Shown here one piece after another: positions 1 to 13,400 of a stretch of DNA of 64,000 bases (its first letter is position 1; every line of letters starts with the position of its first letter). Under the pieces are notes generated by a model, which was not told where the DNA came from, searched no databases, and was given only the letters and a program-made list of their open reading frames with translations. The DNA comes from an uncultured Gammaproteobacteria bacterium (GTDB lineage: Bacteria; Patescibacteriota; Microgenomatia; Levybacterales; UBA12049): positions 1,254,758-1,318,757 of the forward strand of contig CAZDOJ010000001.1 in assembly GCA_964507055.1 (NCBI GenBank), in the 5' to 3' direction. A program made the translations under genes and the position numbers.

Positions 1-3000
1 GCCATTGATTGCTGCATCTCCGGCTGAAGTGATGTTTCCTGTTGCTCCAGCAACAGAGAAGTTCGTACCAGCGATATCATTTGCACCAAGATCAATTGCA
101 GTGACGATATTTGCGTCAGACAAATCAATTGCTGTTGTAACGTCTCCGCCAGTAACTCCAGCGATTCGCAAACCAACTGGAAGTGCCTGATCAGCATCTT
201 GATTTTGGATCAAAACTAATTGTGCAGGATCATTTGCTCCAGCACCATCAGCTCGGAGGAATTGTGAACCACCAGTTGATCCAGTTGCTGTCGTGATGAC
301 GAAGTTTGCATCAGTTGATGTATCGGTGAGGTTGAATGCGATGTCTCGAGCGTTTGTTGTGTTAATTGTGTTGCCGCCGTTGTATGCACCTTGCAATGAA
401 ACTGATCCAGCTGAACATTTCGTTACGTTGTCAGAACCATCGATACAAAGAAGATTTCCTGTTGTTGTTGTTAATCCGGTGATAGTCAAGAATGAATCAG
501 AATCAGTGTTGATTGTGACATCATTGGTACTGTCAGGGGAGAAGGTTGAAATGCCGTTTGCAGTGAATGTTTGTCCTGATGGAACAGTTGCTCCGCCATT
601 AAATGTTGCCAGTCCTGTGACATTCAATGCGTTATTTACTGTTGTTGTTCCAGTTCCAGCTCCAATATTTACTGAAGTAGCAGCCCCACCAATATTCAAA
701 GTTGTTGCTGTTGTATTGATCAAGTTAAATGTTGAAGATCCAGTTGTTATGTCACCACCATTGACAGCAAGATCTGATGCAGCAGTGACATTACCAGTTA
801 ATGTCGAGATGCCATCAACGGTCAAAGTTCCGTTTGTTTGGATAGTGCCATTGTTAGCGATTGTTGCACCAGTTGATCCGTAACCGTCTCCGATGTTCAA
901 TGCATCAAAGTTTGCGGTTGCTTGTAATGCATTGATTGTTGTTGCATTTGGAAGAGAGAGTGTAGCGTTTCGGATAGTTGTTGTACCAGTTGTTGCACCA
1001 ATTGTGATTGCTGTTCCTGCACCACCGATATTCAATGCTGTAGCATCGGTATTGAAGACATTTGCAGTACCTGATGTTGTAGTGATGTCTCCACCATTGA
1101 TAGCGAGATCACCTGATGTTGTTATCTGACCAGTTGCTCCCGTGATACTGAGTTGTGTTCCGATGATGTCATTGTCGCCGAAGTCGATAGCGTTCACGAT
1201 GTTTGCATCGGAAAGATCAATTGCAGTAGTGATATCTCCGCCAGTAACTCCAGCGATTCGCAAACCAACTGGAAGTGCTCGGTCAGTGTCTTGGTTTTCG
1301 ATCAAGACTAATTGTGCAGGATCATTTGTACCAACACCATCTGCTCGGATGAATGCTGAGCCGCCAGTCGAACCAGTTGCAGTTGTGATAGTGAAATTAG
1401 CATCTGTTGTTGTGTTAGACAATGTGAATGCGATATCTCGTGCATCAGTTGTAGCGATTGTATTTCCGCCGTTGTATGCAGCTTGCAACGAGAATGTTGC
1501 ACCACCACATTTTGTGACATTGTCACTAGCATCGAGACAAAGTGTTGTCCCAGCAACACCTGGAGTTGTGAGTCCAGTCAATGTAAAGAATGAATCACTA
1601 TCAGTGTTAACAGTCACGCCATCTGTTCCAGTTGGTGAGAATGTAGATGCACCATTTGCATCAAATGTACTATTTGCAGTGAGTGCTCCACCAAATGTTC
1701 CTGTACCAAGTACATCCAAGTCATTGTTCACAGTCGTTGTACCGGTTGCTGCTCCGAGTGAGATAACTGTTGCATCTCCGCCGATGTTCACAGTTGTTGC
1801 ATTGGTGTTGAAGAGGGAAGCAGTCCCAGCAGTTGTTGTGATGTCTCCACCATTCAATGCCAAGTCACCACTTGATGTGATGTTGCCAGTCAATGTAGAA
1901 ATACCATCAACAGTCAAAGTGCCGTTTGCTGAGATGTTGCCAGCATTTGAAAGTGTAATTCCTGTATCTCCATAACCACCACCAACTTCGATTGCACTAA
2001 ATGTTGCAGCAGCATTTGGTGCATTGAAGGATGTAGCATTTGCGAAGTTGATTGTCGCATTTCGGATGTTTGCAGTACCGGTTGTTCCACCAAGTGTTAA
2101 TGATGTAGCAGCTCCACCGATATTCAATGTCGTTGCAGTACTGTTAAAGATGTTTGCACTTGATTGTGTTGTAGTGATATTACCACCATTCACTGCGATG
2201 TTACCACCAACAGTTGTGTTACCATTTGATCCATCAACTGAGAAGTTTGTACCAGTGATGTCATTTGCACCGAGTGCGATTGCAGTAACGATTGAAGCGT
2301 CTGAGACGTCAAGTGCAGTTGTGATGCCACCGCCACCAGTTGATGAAATTGTCAAACCGGTAGGGAGGATCTGATCAGAATCAGCATTATCGATCAAGAC
2401 TAATTGTGTTGGATCATTTGATCCGGCACCGTCAGCTCGGATGAATTGTGCACCGCCAGTTGAACCAGTTGCTGTCGTGACGATGAAGTTAGAATCAGTA
2501 GCATCATCAGCAAGTGTAAATGCGATGTTTCGACCACTTGTTGTCGTAATTGTGTTACCAGCATCATATGCAGCTTGGAGTGAGATTGAATTGTCTGCAC
2601 AAGTAACGACATTGTTACTGCCATCAACACAAAGGATAGTTCCCGCTGCAGTTGTTAATCCTGAAACATTTAAGAATGAATCAGCATCAGTTGTGATACT
2701 AACGCCATTTGTTCCTGAAGGATTAAATGTTGATTGACCATTTGCAGTGAAGTTAGCATTTGCTGTCGTGTTTCCCGTTATTGTTAATGCATTATTCACT
2801 GTGGTTGTTCCATTTCCGGCACCGATACTCAATGCTGTTGCTGCTGTTGCAAAGTTCACAGTTGTTGCATTTGCTGTTGCCAAATTGAAGGTTGGGGAAG
2901 TGGTGGTGAGATCTCCACCATTCAATGCCAAGTCGCCATTTGAAGTAATATTCCCAGTTAATGTAGAAATACCATCAACAGTTAATGTACCATTTGCTTG

Positions 3001-6000
3001 GATATTACCAGTGTTGGAAATACTGACACCAGTAGAACCATAACCGCCGCCAAGGTTTGCCGCATCAAGTGTTGCGAGTGCTCCTCCAGCATTAATAGCA
3101 GTCGCATTTGGAAGTGAGATTGTTTGGTTGTTAATTGCGATTGTTCCAGTACTTGCACCAAGATTGATTGTTGTTGCATCGCCACCGAGATTTAATGTTG
3201 TAACATTTGTGTTAAACAAGTTGCCGGTTGTTTGTGTTGTTGTAACGTCACCACCATTGACTGCGATATCACCTGATGTTGTGATATCTCCACTTGCACC
3301 AGTGATTGAGAAATTGGTAGCGATAACATTATTCGCACCAAGTGAGAGTGCATTAACGATTTCAGCATCGGAAAGATCAAGAGCATTAGTGATACCACCA
3401 GCAGCTGATTGGATCTTGATGCCAGCTGCAACGGCTCGATCTGTGTCCAAGTTATCAACCAAGATAAGTTGTGTTGGGTCAGATGTTCCAGCACCATTTG
3501 CTCGAGTGAATGATGTAAATCCAGTTGATCCATCAGCTGTTGTGATGGTGAAGTTCGCATCAGTTGCAGTATTTGCAAGGGTGAATGCGATGTCTCGTGC
3601 ATCAGTTGTAGCGATTGTATTTCCGCCAGTGTATGCGGATTGGAGTGATATAGCATCAGATGCACATTTGTTGATTTGGCCAGTACTATTATCGACACAA
3701 ACCAAAAGACCATTTGGTGCAGCATCAAGTCCAGTGACATAGAATCCAGAATCAGTATCAGTATTGATCGTCACAGTTCCTGTACCAGCTGGTGTGAATG
3801 TACTTGTGCCATTTGCAGTTAAGTCATTATCCACTGTCAATGAATTGTTGATTGTTGTGAGTCCTGTATCATCTCCGATACTGACAACAGTTGCATCGCC
3901 ACCGATGTTTACAGTTGTTGCATTGGTATTAAAGAGGGAAGCGATGCCGGATGTTGTTGTAGTAATATCTCCACCGTTCAAAGCCAAGTCTCCAGATGAA
4001 GTGATATCGCCAGTCAATGTTGATGTCCCATCGATGACAAGATTTCCATTCGCTGAAACATTTCCAGTATTTGTCACTGTCAAACCAGTTGATCCGAATC
4101 CATTGCCTACGTTCAATGCATCGAATGATGCTGTTGCTGCATTAGCATTCAATGTTGTTCCAAGGAGGGAAACAGTTGCGTTTCGGATTGTTGCTGTACC
4201 TGTTGTTGATCCAAGTGAAACAGTGGTTGCAGCATTTCCAATGTTAAGGGTTGTAGCATTTGCATTGAAGATGTTTGCAGTACCTGATGTTGTTGTGATG
4301 TCACCACCATTGACTGCAATATCTCCAGCAGAAGTAATATTTCCATTGCCACCATTTACAGAGAAGTTGGTGCCAGTGATATCATTTGCACCAAGTGCGA
4401 TTGCAGTAACGATAGACGCATCGGATACATCAAGAGCGGTTGTTAATCCGCCACCACCTGATGAGGAAATTCTGAGTCCAATTGGCAATGCTCGATCTGT
4501 GTCAGCATTATCGATGAGTACTAATTGTGATGGATCATTAGTTCCTGTCCCGTCAGCTCGGACAAAAACACTTCCAGCGGTTGAATCGTCAGCAGTTGTG
4601 ACGATGAATTGTGAATCGGTAGCGGTGTTTGCGAGCGTAAATGCGATGTCTCGATTGTTCGTCGTGTTGATTGTGTTTCCACCAACATATGCTGATTGAA
4701 GTGAAATAGCATCAGCTGCACACTTGGTAACCTGACTTGTGCCAGCATCAATACAAACGAGTGTACCTGAAGCGGTTGGCAAGCCTGTAACGAAGAGTGG
4801 TGAATCAGAATCAGTATTAAACGTGATTGCATTTGTTCCTGATGGATTGAAGAGGACACTACTGTTTGCTGTCAAATCACCTTCAACTGTAAGATCGTTG
4901 TTGACTGTTGTTAATCCAGTTGTATCACCGAGTGAGATAACCGTTGCATCGCCACCGATGTTCAAAGTCGTTGCATTGGTGTTGAAGAGGGAAGCAGTCC
5001 CAGCAGTTGTTGTGATGTCTCCACCATTCAATGCTAAGTCTCCAGCGGACGTTATGTCGCCAGTCAATGTTGATGTGCCATCGATGATCAAATTGCCGTT
5101 TGCTGAGAGGTTACCCGTGTTGGTGATACTAAGGCCAGTTGAACCGTAGCTTCCACCAATTGAAAGTGAGTCAAATGTAGCGAGTGCACTTGATGCAGTA
5201 AGAGCTGTTGCGTTAGGGAAATTAATAGTTGTACCACGTATGTTACCGGTTCCTGATGTTGCACCCAATGTGTAGGTTGTCGCAGCCCCACCGATGTTCA
5301 AAGTCGTTGCATTGGTATTGAAGATTGTTGCTGTACCAGTTGTTCCTGTTGTGATGTCATTACCATTCAATGCTAAGTCTCCGTTTGAAGTAATACTGCC
5401 GGTTGCTCCATCAACTGAGAAGTTAGTCCCAGCAATACTACTTACGCCAAGTGAAATACCGGTAACGATCGTTGGGTCAGAAAGATCAATACCAGTTGTG
5501 ATTCCGCCGCCGCCTGAAGAGGAGATCGTTAAACCAACTGGAAGTGCTCGATCAGTGTCAGCATTATCGATGAGAACGAGTTGTGTTGGGTCATTTGTGC
5601 CATTCCCATCTGCACGTTGGAAGATCGTTGAACCAGTTGAACCATCCGCTGTTGTGATGGTGAAGTTTGCATCGGTTGCTGTGTTCTCAAGTGAGAAAGC
5701 AATGTCTTTCGCATTGGTTGTGTCGATTGTATTACCACCATCATATGCTGATTGGAGGGAAATAGCGTTGGATGCACATTTGGTGATCTGATCTGTGCCA
5801 TTGTCGATACAAACCAAGTTACCTGTAGCTGTTGGAAGTCCAGTTACGTAAAGACCTGAATCGAGGTCAGTATTGATGATAACGTCGTTTGTTCCTGATG
5901 GAGTAAGGGTAGTTTGGCCATTTACAAGCAAGTTATCGGAAACAGTAAGGTTATTATTGATCGTTGTTGTACCTGTATTTGCTCCGATTGAAAGAGTTGT

Positions 6001-7400
6001 CGCAGCCCCAGCAAAGTTCACTGTTGCTGCCGTTGCATTGATCAAATTGAATGTTGGGGAAGTAGTAGTAAGATCTCCACCATTCAATGCCAAATCTCCA
6101 GCTGAAGTAATATTTCCTGTAAGTGTTGAAGATCCATCTATTGTGAGATTGCCGTTTGCTGAGATATCGCCAGTATTTGTGAGTGTTGTCCCTGTTGAAC
6201 CATAGCCATTACCGATTGTCACCGAATCAATAGTCAAAGCAGCAGCTCCAGCATCGATAGCTGTAGCATTTGGAAGTGAGAGTGTCGCATTGTTGATTGA
6301 TGCAGTACCAGTTGCAGCACCGAGAACAAGGGTTGTTGCAGCACCGCCGATGTTCAATGTGGTTACGTTTGTATTAAATAAGTTTCCTGATCCAGCAGTT
6401 GTTGTGACATCTCCACCATTAACTGCGATATCACCAGCTGAAGTGATATTGCCACTGCCACCTGCAACAGAGAAGTTCGTTCCTGAAAGATCATTTGCTC
6501 CGAATGAGAGAGCAGTAACGATAGTTGGATCTGATACATCAATTGCAGTTGTAACACCACTTGTTCCAGATGAAGTAATTCTCAAACCGATAGGGAGGAT
6601 TCGATCAGCATCAGCATTATCGATAAGGACCATTTGGTTTGGATCTGAAGCTCCAACGCCATCAGCTCGGATGAATTCGGTACCAGCAGTAGATCCTGTA
6701 GCGGTTGTGATGATGAATCGTGAATCAGTAGCAGTGTCGGCTAATGTGAATGAGATATCTCGTCCATCAGATGTTGTAATAGTATTTCCACCATCATAAG
6801 CAGACTGCAATGTTGAAGCTGATGGAGGACATTTAACTACGTTATCTCCAGCATCGACACAAAGTGAGTATGCAGATGAGACTGGGATTGTGAGTCCTGG
6901 CAAGTTAAGGAATGAGTCAGCATCTGAAACGATTGTTACACTGTCTGTTCCAGCAGGTTGGAGAAGGACAAGACCATTTGCTGTGAGTGAACCGTTTGCT
7001 GTTGTATTGCCAGTAATAGTCAAAGCATTGTTTACTGTCGTTGTACCTGATGCAGCTCCGAATGAAAGGGAAGTAGCAGCCCCACCAACATTTAATGTTG
7101 TAACGCCTGAGTTAAGGAGGTTGAATGTGCTTGTACCTGATGTTAATTCTCCGCCATTGATTGCTAAGTCTCCGCCAATAACACCATTATTGTTTATAGT
7201 TGTTGTTCCTGAACCTGCACCGATAGCGATACTTGTAGCAGCTCCACCTAAGTTAAGCGATGTTGCATTGGTGTTGAAGAGATTCACTGATGAAGCAGTT
7301 GTTGTAATGTCTCCTCCATTGACTGCGATACTGCCACCAAAGGTTGCAAGTCCAGTGCTATTGAATGAGAATGTCGGATTAGTTGTCATGTTACCAAAGC
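1..7400 (-). repeat. Tandem in-frame coding repeats inside the giant gene, period about 1,065 nt (about 355 aa), at least 7 copies. Near-identical DNA stretches of 60 nt or more recur between copies.
   Basis: Antisense peptide signatures recur with a fixed period: ...SPPFNAKSP...NVEIPSTVKVPFA at about 750, 1834, 2910, 3960, 5010 and 6075, and ...SPPLTAISP...TEKFVP at about 40, 1085, 2190, 3245, 4300, 5350 and 6410. A long nt block is shared between about 1783-1850 and 4954-5021. Confidence 0.75.
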
Positions 7401-10400
7401 TGATGTCTTGTGCTCCTGTTGTTGTGTTGATGGAGATATATTCGTTTGTACCTTGGCGGATTGAGAAGGCATCAGCAATGTTATTTACGATGTTATTGGT
7501 GATTGTGCCAGTGCCGTTAGCGGTAAGTGATATGTCAGTGCCATTGATGTTTACTAAGTCACCGCCATCTCCGAGGTTAGAGATGCCATTTGATGAGAAT
7601 GTACCGGTTACGACGAGGTCATTATTAACTGTCGTTGTACCTGATGATGAAGCGATTGAAACATCTGTTGCGTCGCCACCGATATTAAGTGTACTTACTC
7701 CAGAGTTGAAGACATTAGCAGTGGTTTGGTTTGTTGTGATAGAGCCTCCATTAACTGCGATGTTTCCATTGTTATCAACCACAAATGAATCAGCTCCAGC
7801 AGTCTGTAATTGGAGGAGGTTAGGTGTTGCAACTCCTGCTTCGTTGATGAAGAGAAGTGCTTGTGTACCAGTTGCGACTTGTGCAATTCGAGGTTGGATC
7901 AATGCAATCGTGCCACTGTTTGCCGGAAGGATGATCTGTTCATTCTGTGTTGCGTCTTCTCCAACGAGTTCGATTGTGTTTCCATCAACAGTTGTTCCTT
8001 GGAAGAAGAGGGAATTGCCTGCATCTGTTCCTGAGAACGCTGCACCAGTCAACACATTTCCAACGCTTGAGATATCACCAGCAACCAAGTTCGCATTCTT
8101 CCATTCGAGTAATCCGCCACTCTGGTATGTCAAAACATAGTCTGTTGAACCTGCATCGGACGGCAATGTATATACTATAGACGAATTCATTGAATCTGGA
8201 GCCTTAAATCCAGTATATTCAGTACCGTTTGCAGTCAATTCATAGAGTTGGAATTCCGATGTATTCCCAGCCCCAGCTCCGTATGGTTGGAGTTCAATTC
8301 CATTTGCTCCAGTAGGTGTAACTCGCAATGTATCGGTAACTGCGAGGAGGTTGTTCACAGTTGTTGTGCCTGTATTTGCACCAAGTGAGATAGCTGTTGC
8401 TACTCCGCCAAGATTGATTGTAGTAGCCGTGGTATCAAAGATGTTAGCAGTTGTTGCACTTGTTGTGATAGTTCCACTTCCAAGATTGAGTGATCCTGTT
8501 CCGAGGAAGTTAAATGCAGGATTTGTAGCGGCATTACCAAATGCTATATTCTCAGCACCATTGGTTGTATTGATGTTGAAGTAATTATTAACACCTTCTT
8601 GAATATCAAATGCATCTGCAGCGTTGTCTGAAAGGTTTGCTGTAATGGTTGAGCCATTCAATGTCAAAGCATTGCCAGTATTGCCAGCGGTGAATGATCC
8701 AGCTGATGCGAGTGTTGTATTGCCAGATGATGAAAGAGTAGTGAAGGCAGCAGTTGCTGGTGTTGTCGTGCCAATTGCTGTTCCGTTGATTCCAGTTGCT
8801 GTGACATTGAAGGTAGCTGAAGTTATCAACAAGTTATTCACACCAGCGTCAATTGTGGATGCTGAGAGTCCAGAGAGGTTCAAAGCACCTGATGTTGCAG
8901 TTAAGTTAAGTGCTCCAGTTGTCTGAGTAAAGCCATTTGAGGCTGTGAGTAATCCAGCAGAAGTGATAGCTCCAGTGCCAGTTGTTGTTATGTTTCCTGA
9001 TGTGGTGAGGTTCCCATCTTCATCGATAAACAATGTTTCAAGGCCACCCGATTGGATAGAGATAGCATTATTTGTCCCCGTATTGGTATCGTTGATAACC
9101 AATGTGTCTGCTGATCCTTCGTTGGTCAAAGTGAATGATGTAGCAGTTCCAGCATCTGATGTTTCATCGTAGAGTGTGAATGCGATGTCTCGGCCATCTG
9201 TTGTGGTGATTGTATTACCAGTGTTGTATGCAGCTTGCAAACCAAATGGAGCACCGTTACAAAGTGCGAGGTTGTTACTGCCATCAATACAAAGTGCATT
9301 TCCTGCAGTTGTTTGGAGACCATTGAATTGAACGGTTGAGTCAACATCTGTATTGAAGACAACATCATTTGTTCCTGATGGAGTGAATGTCGCAGAGCCA
9401 CTAGCATTGAATGCTTGTCCGTTGCTAACTGTTGCACCGCCATTGAATGTAGCGAGGCTTGCAACATCAAGTGTAGAGTTAAAGTTCGCGGCACCAGTTA
9501 CTCCGAGTGATCCGCCAAGCGTTGTTGCTCCAGTTCCGACTGAGAAGGTGTTTGCACCAGTGACTGCAGTGTTCCCGTTCAAACTCACATTGCCAGTTCC
9601 TGTAGAGAGAGTGCCGGTTCCTGTTTGTGCGATGTTGTTGTTAAATGTCGCAATGCCTGTAACTCCAAGTGTTCCGCCAAGTGTTGTAGCTCCTGTTCCA
9701 ACGGTGAAGGTATTCGCACCTGTAACTGCGGTTGCTCCATTGAGTGAAACAGATCCAGTACCTGTTGAGAATGTTCCAGCACCTGATTGGGTGAAGTTGC
9801 CAGCAGTATTCAAGTTGGCATTTGCATTTACATCACCTGTGAATGCAGCAGCACCTGTTCCGAGGAACGAGTAGGTTGGGTTGGTTGTACCATTTCCAAA
9901 TGAGATATTCTCAGCACCATTGGTTGTATTGATGTTGAAGTAGTTGTTCGCACCTTCTTGAATGTCGAGTGCATTTGCTGCATTGTCTGTGAGGTTTGCG
10001 GTGATAGTTGAGCCATTCAATGTCAACGCTCCAGCAGTATTGCCAGCGGTGAATGTACCGGTTGTTGCAAGTGTTGTGTTACCACTTGATGTCAAAGTAG
10101 TGAATGCAGCAGTCGATGGGGTAGTAGTGCCAATTGCAGTACCATTTATGCCTGTTGCAGTCGTATTAAAGTTGCCTGATGTGATTATGATGTTATTAAC
10201 GCCAGCATCAATTGTTGAAGCTGAGAGTCCAGAGAGATTCAACGCACCTGAGGTTGCAGTCAAGTTAAGTGCACCTGTTGTTTGTGTGAAGCCATTTGAA
10301 GCTGTTAAGAGTCCCGCAGATGTGATTGTACCAGTGCCCGTTGTTGCGATGTTACCTGATGTCGATAATGTACCAAACTCATTAATGGTTAAAGTAGTTG

Positions 10401-13400
10401 ATCCATTATTTTGAATGGCAAGGGAAGTTCCAGTTCCTGCATTGGTGTCATTGATAACAAAAGCTGGAGCTGTTCCTTGATTCTCAAGAGTAAATGAAGT
10501 GTCAGTTGTCACATCAGCCAATGTGAATGAGATGTTTCGTGCATCCGTCGTAACAATTGTGTTGCCAGTGTTGTATGCAGCCTGCAAACCGAATGGAGCA
10601 CCGTTACAAAGAACCAAGTTGTTCCCACCATCAATACAAAGAGCATTTCCAGCTGTTGTACCGAGGCCGTTAAATTGAACAGTTGAATCAGTATCTGTGT
10701 TGAAGACAACATCATTTGTGCCACTTGGAGCGAATGTTGCTGAGCCACTTGCGTTGAATGATTGACCTGATGGAACGAGTACACCACCATTGAAGGTCGC
10801 AAGCCCTGCTACATCAAGTGTAGAGTTAAGATTTGTCGTACCTGTCACACTAAGTGTTCCCCCGAGTGTAGTTGCTCCAGTTCCAACGGTGAAGGTATTC
10901 GCACCTGATACTGCTGTTGCACCGTTCAATGTAACTGAACCAGTTCCTGTAGAGAAGGTTGTAGCACCTGATTGTGTGAAGTTACCATTTGCTACGATTG
11001 CTCCACCGAAGGTTGCGGTTCCAGTAGTGACTGTAAATGCATTTGAAGCAGTAAGCAATCCAGCAGAAGTGATAGCTCCAGTGCCAGTTGTACTGATATT
11101 ACCTTGTGTGGAGAGAGTACCATTCTCATTGATGGTCAAAGTAGTTGCTCCATTATTTCGGATATCAATTGCTGTTCCTGTTGCTCCGTTCGTATTATCG
11201 AGAACGAATGCACTTGCTGTACCAGCATTGGTGAGTGAGAATGAAGCATCAGTAGCGGTGTCTGCGAGTGTGAATGCGATATCTCGGCCATCAGTTGTGG
11301 TGATTGTATTGCCAGCGTTGTATGCCTGTTGCAATGTGACGTTCAATGCATTTGATGAACAGACAGCGAGTTGGTTATCTCCATTTCGGCAAACAACTGT
11401 ACTTCCCACATTTCCTGAAAGAGTAGGAACTCGGACTAAATCATTAAGAATGATTTCGCCTGATCCACTTGCCTCAACAGTAAGGTCCTGATTATTTCCT
11501 GTAGTGATATCCAAGGCTGCATCATCAAAAATTAGTCCTGTAGTTCCAATAGTCTTACTATTCAATGTCTGAGCTTGATTCGCAAAGACAAATGTATCAT
11601 CTGCACTCAAGGCTGGAATGGTAGCTGTGCGAGGAGCAGAAGAAGCGATTGATGAAATCGTAGTTGTATTGGTCAAACCGAGAACAATTTGATTTGTTGT
11701 CGCTTCAGAGGTGAGAGTGCCAGCTGTCACCAAGTTACCGTTTTCGCCAATTGTCAGTCTATTCGTGCCATTTGATTGGATAGCCAAAGCTGTGCCGTTA
11801 CTACCATTGCCAGCATTGGTGTCATTGATGACAAATGCATTTGCTGAGCCTTGATTCTCAAGAGAGAATGAAGAATCTATGCCTGTATCACTGAGTACGA
11901 ATGAAACATTTCGGCCATCAGTCGTTGTTATAGTATTGCCAGCATCATACGCCTGTTGAAGCGTTACATTAAGAGCATTTGAGGAACAGACAGAGAGTTG
12001 GTTATCATCGTTTCTGCAAACAACAATATCTCCGACAGTATTGGAGAGGTTCGTAACTTGGACGAGATCACTAAGGATAAGCTGGCCTGTTCCATTTGCA
12101 TCGATGGTGAGGTCTTGATTAGTTCCCGAAGTAATGTCAGTTGAAACGCTATTGAAAGTAAAGGTGCCAGTAGTTGTGATCGCTCCTGAAGAGATTGTTG
12201 TAGCTCCTGAGATTGCTCCAGCGTTGGTGATACCGCCAATATTGTTATCGATACCTCCAGTGATGTTTGCTCCGCCTGCTGCGACAGTTACGCCACCAGC
12301 TGTGATACTCAATCCGCCAGTACTGATGGTCTGCCCTGCAGTAAAGACATTTGCTTGATTGAGGTAGGCGACATTGTTGAGTGTTCCAGCTGTATTGATA
12401 TTTGCACCGTTTAGTTGGATAGCACCTGTCGCATTAAGATTGCCAGCTTGGATCGTACCTGAAGCTGTAAGGTCAGTGATTCCTGTTATTTGACCTGCAT
12501 TGGTGATTCCTCCATTGCTGTTATCAAGGCCGCCACTGATAGTTGCTCCATTAGTTACATTTAATCCGTTTGAAGCAGAGAGGAGGCCAGCAGAAGTAAT
12601 GGTTCCTGTGCCGGTTGTTGCAATATTACCTGAAGTTGAGATATTGCTGATAGAGATAATGGCTCCATCTTCAGTAATTCGTAATGTTTCTGATCCATTT
12701 GATTGGATGATCAATGCATTATTTGCTGCAGCGTTTGTATCGTTGATTATGACACCTGCTCCTGTGCCTGTATTGGTTAAATTAAGTCCTGTAGCATTAC
12801 CATTATTGACTAGATTAAATGATGTTGGTGTGGTTAATCCACCAGTTAAATTGAAGAATATACCTCGACCATCAGATGTGTCTATAGTATTTCCTGCATC
12901 GTACGCTTGTTGTAATGTGACCTCAGCAGCATTGGCTGGACACTGTACTAATTGGTTGGTTACATCGTCTCGGCAGATTGTTGTAGCAGAGTTTACTGTT
13001 GTGTTAAGTACTGAAAGCTGAGTCATCTTACCGAGAATGATTTCACCAGTTCCATTAGGTGAGAGAGTGAGGTTTTGATTTGTTCCAGTTGTTATTGCTG
13101 ATGAAACGCCACTTAATATAACATTGCCTGAAGTTGTAACAGAACCAGATGATATCGTTCCTGCGGTGATAAGGTTTCCATTTTCATTAACAGTAAGTGT
13201 GGAAGTGCCACCTGATTGGATATCTAAAGCAAGTTGATTAGCAGCATTGGTATCGTTGATGACAAACGCACCATTACCAGTTCCTGCGTTGGTGAGTGTG
13301 AATTGTGCTGAAGATCCGTTTGCCAAATTGAATTCGATATCTCCATACGTATTATCTGCATCAATCGTATTGCCAGCTTGATAAGCTTGTTGCAAGTCAA

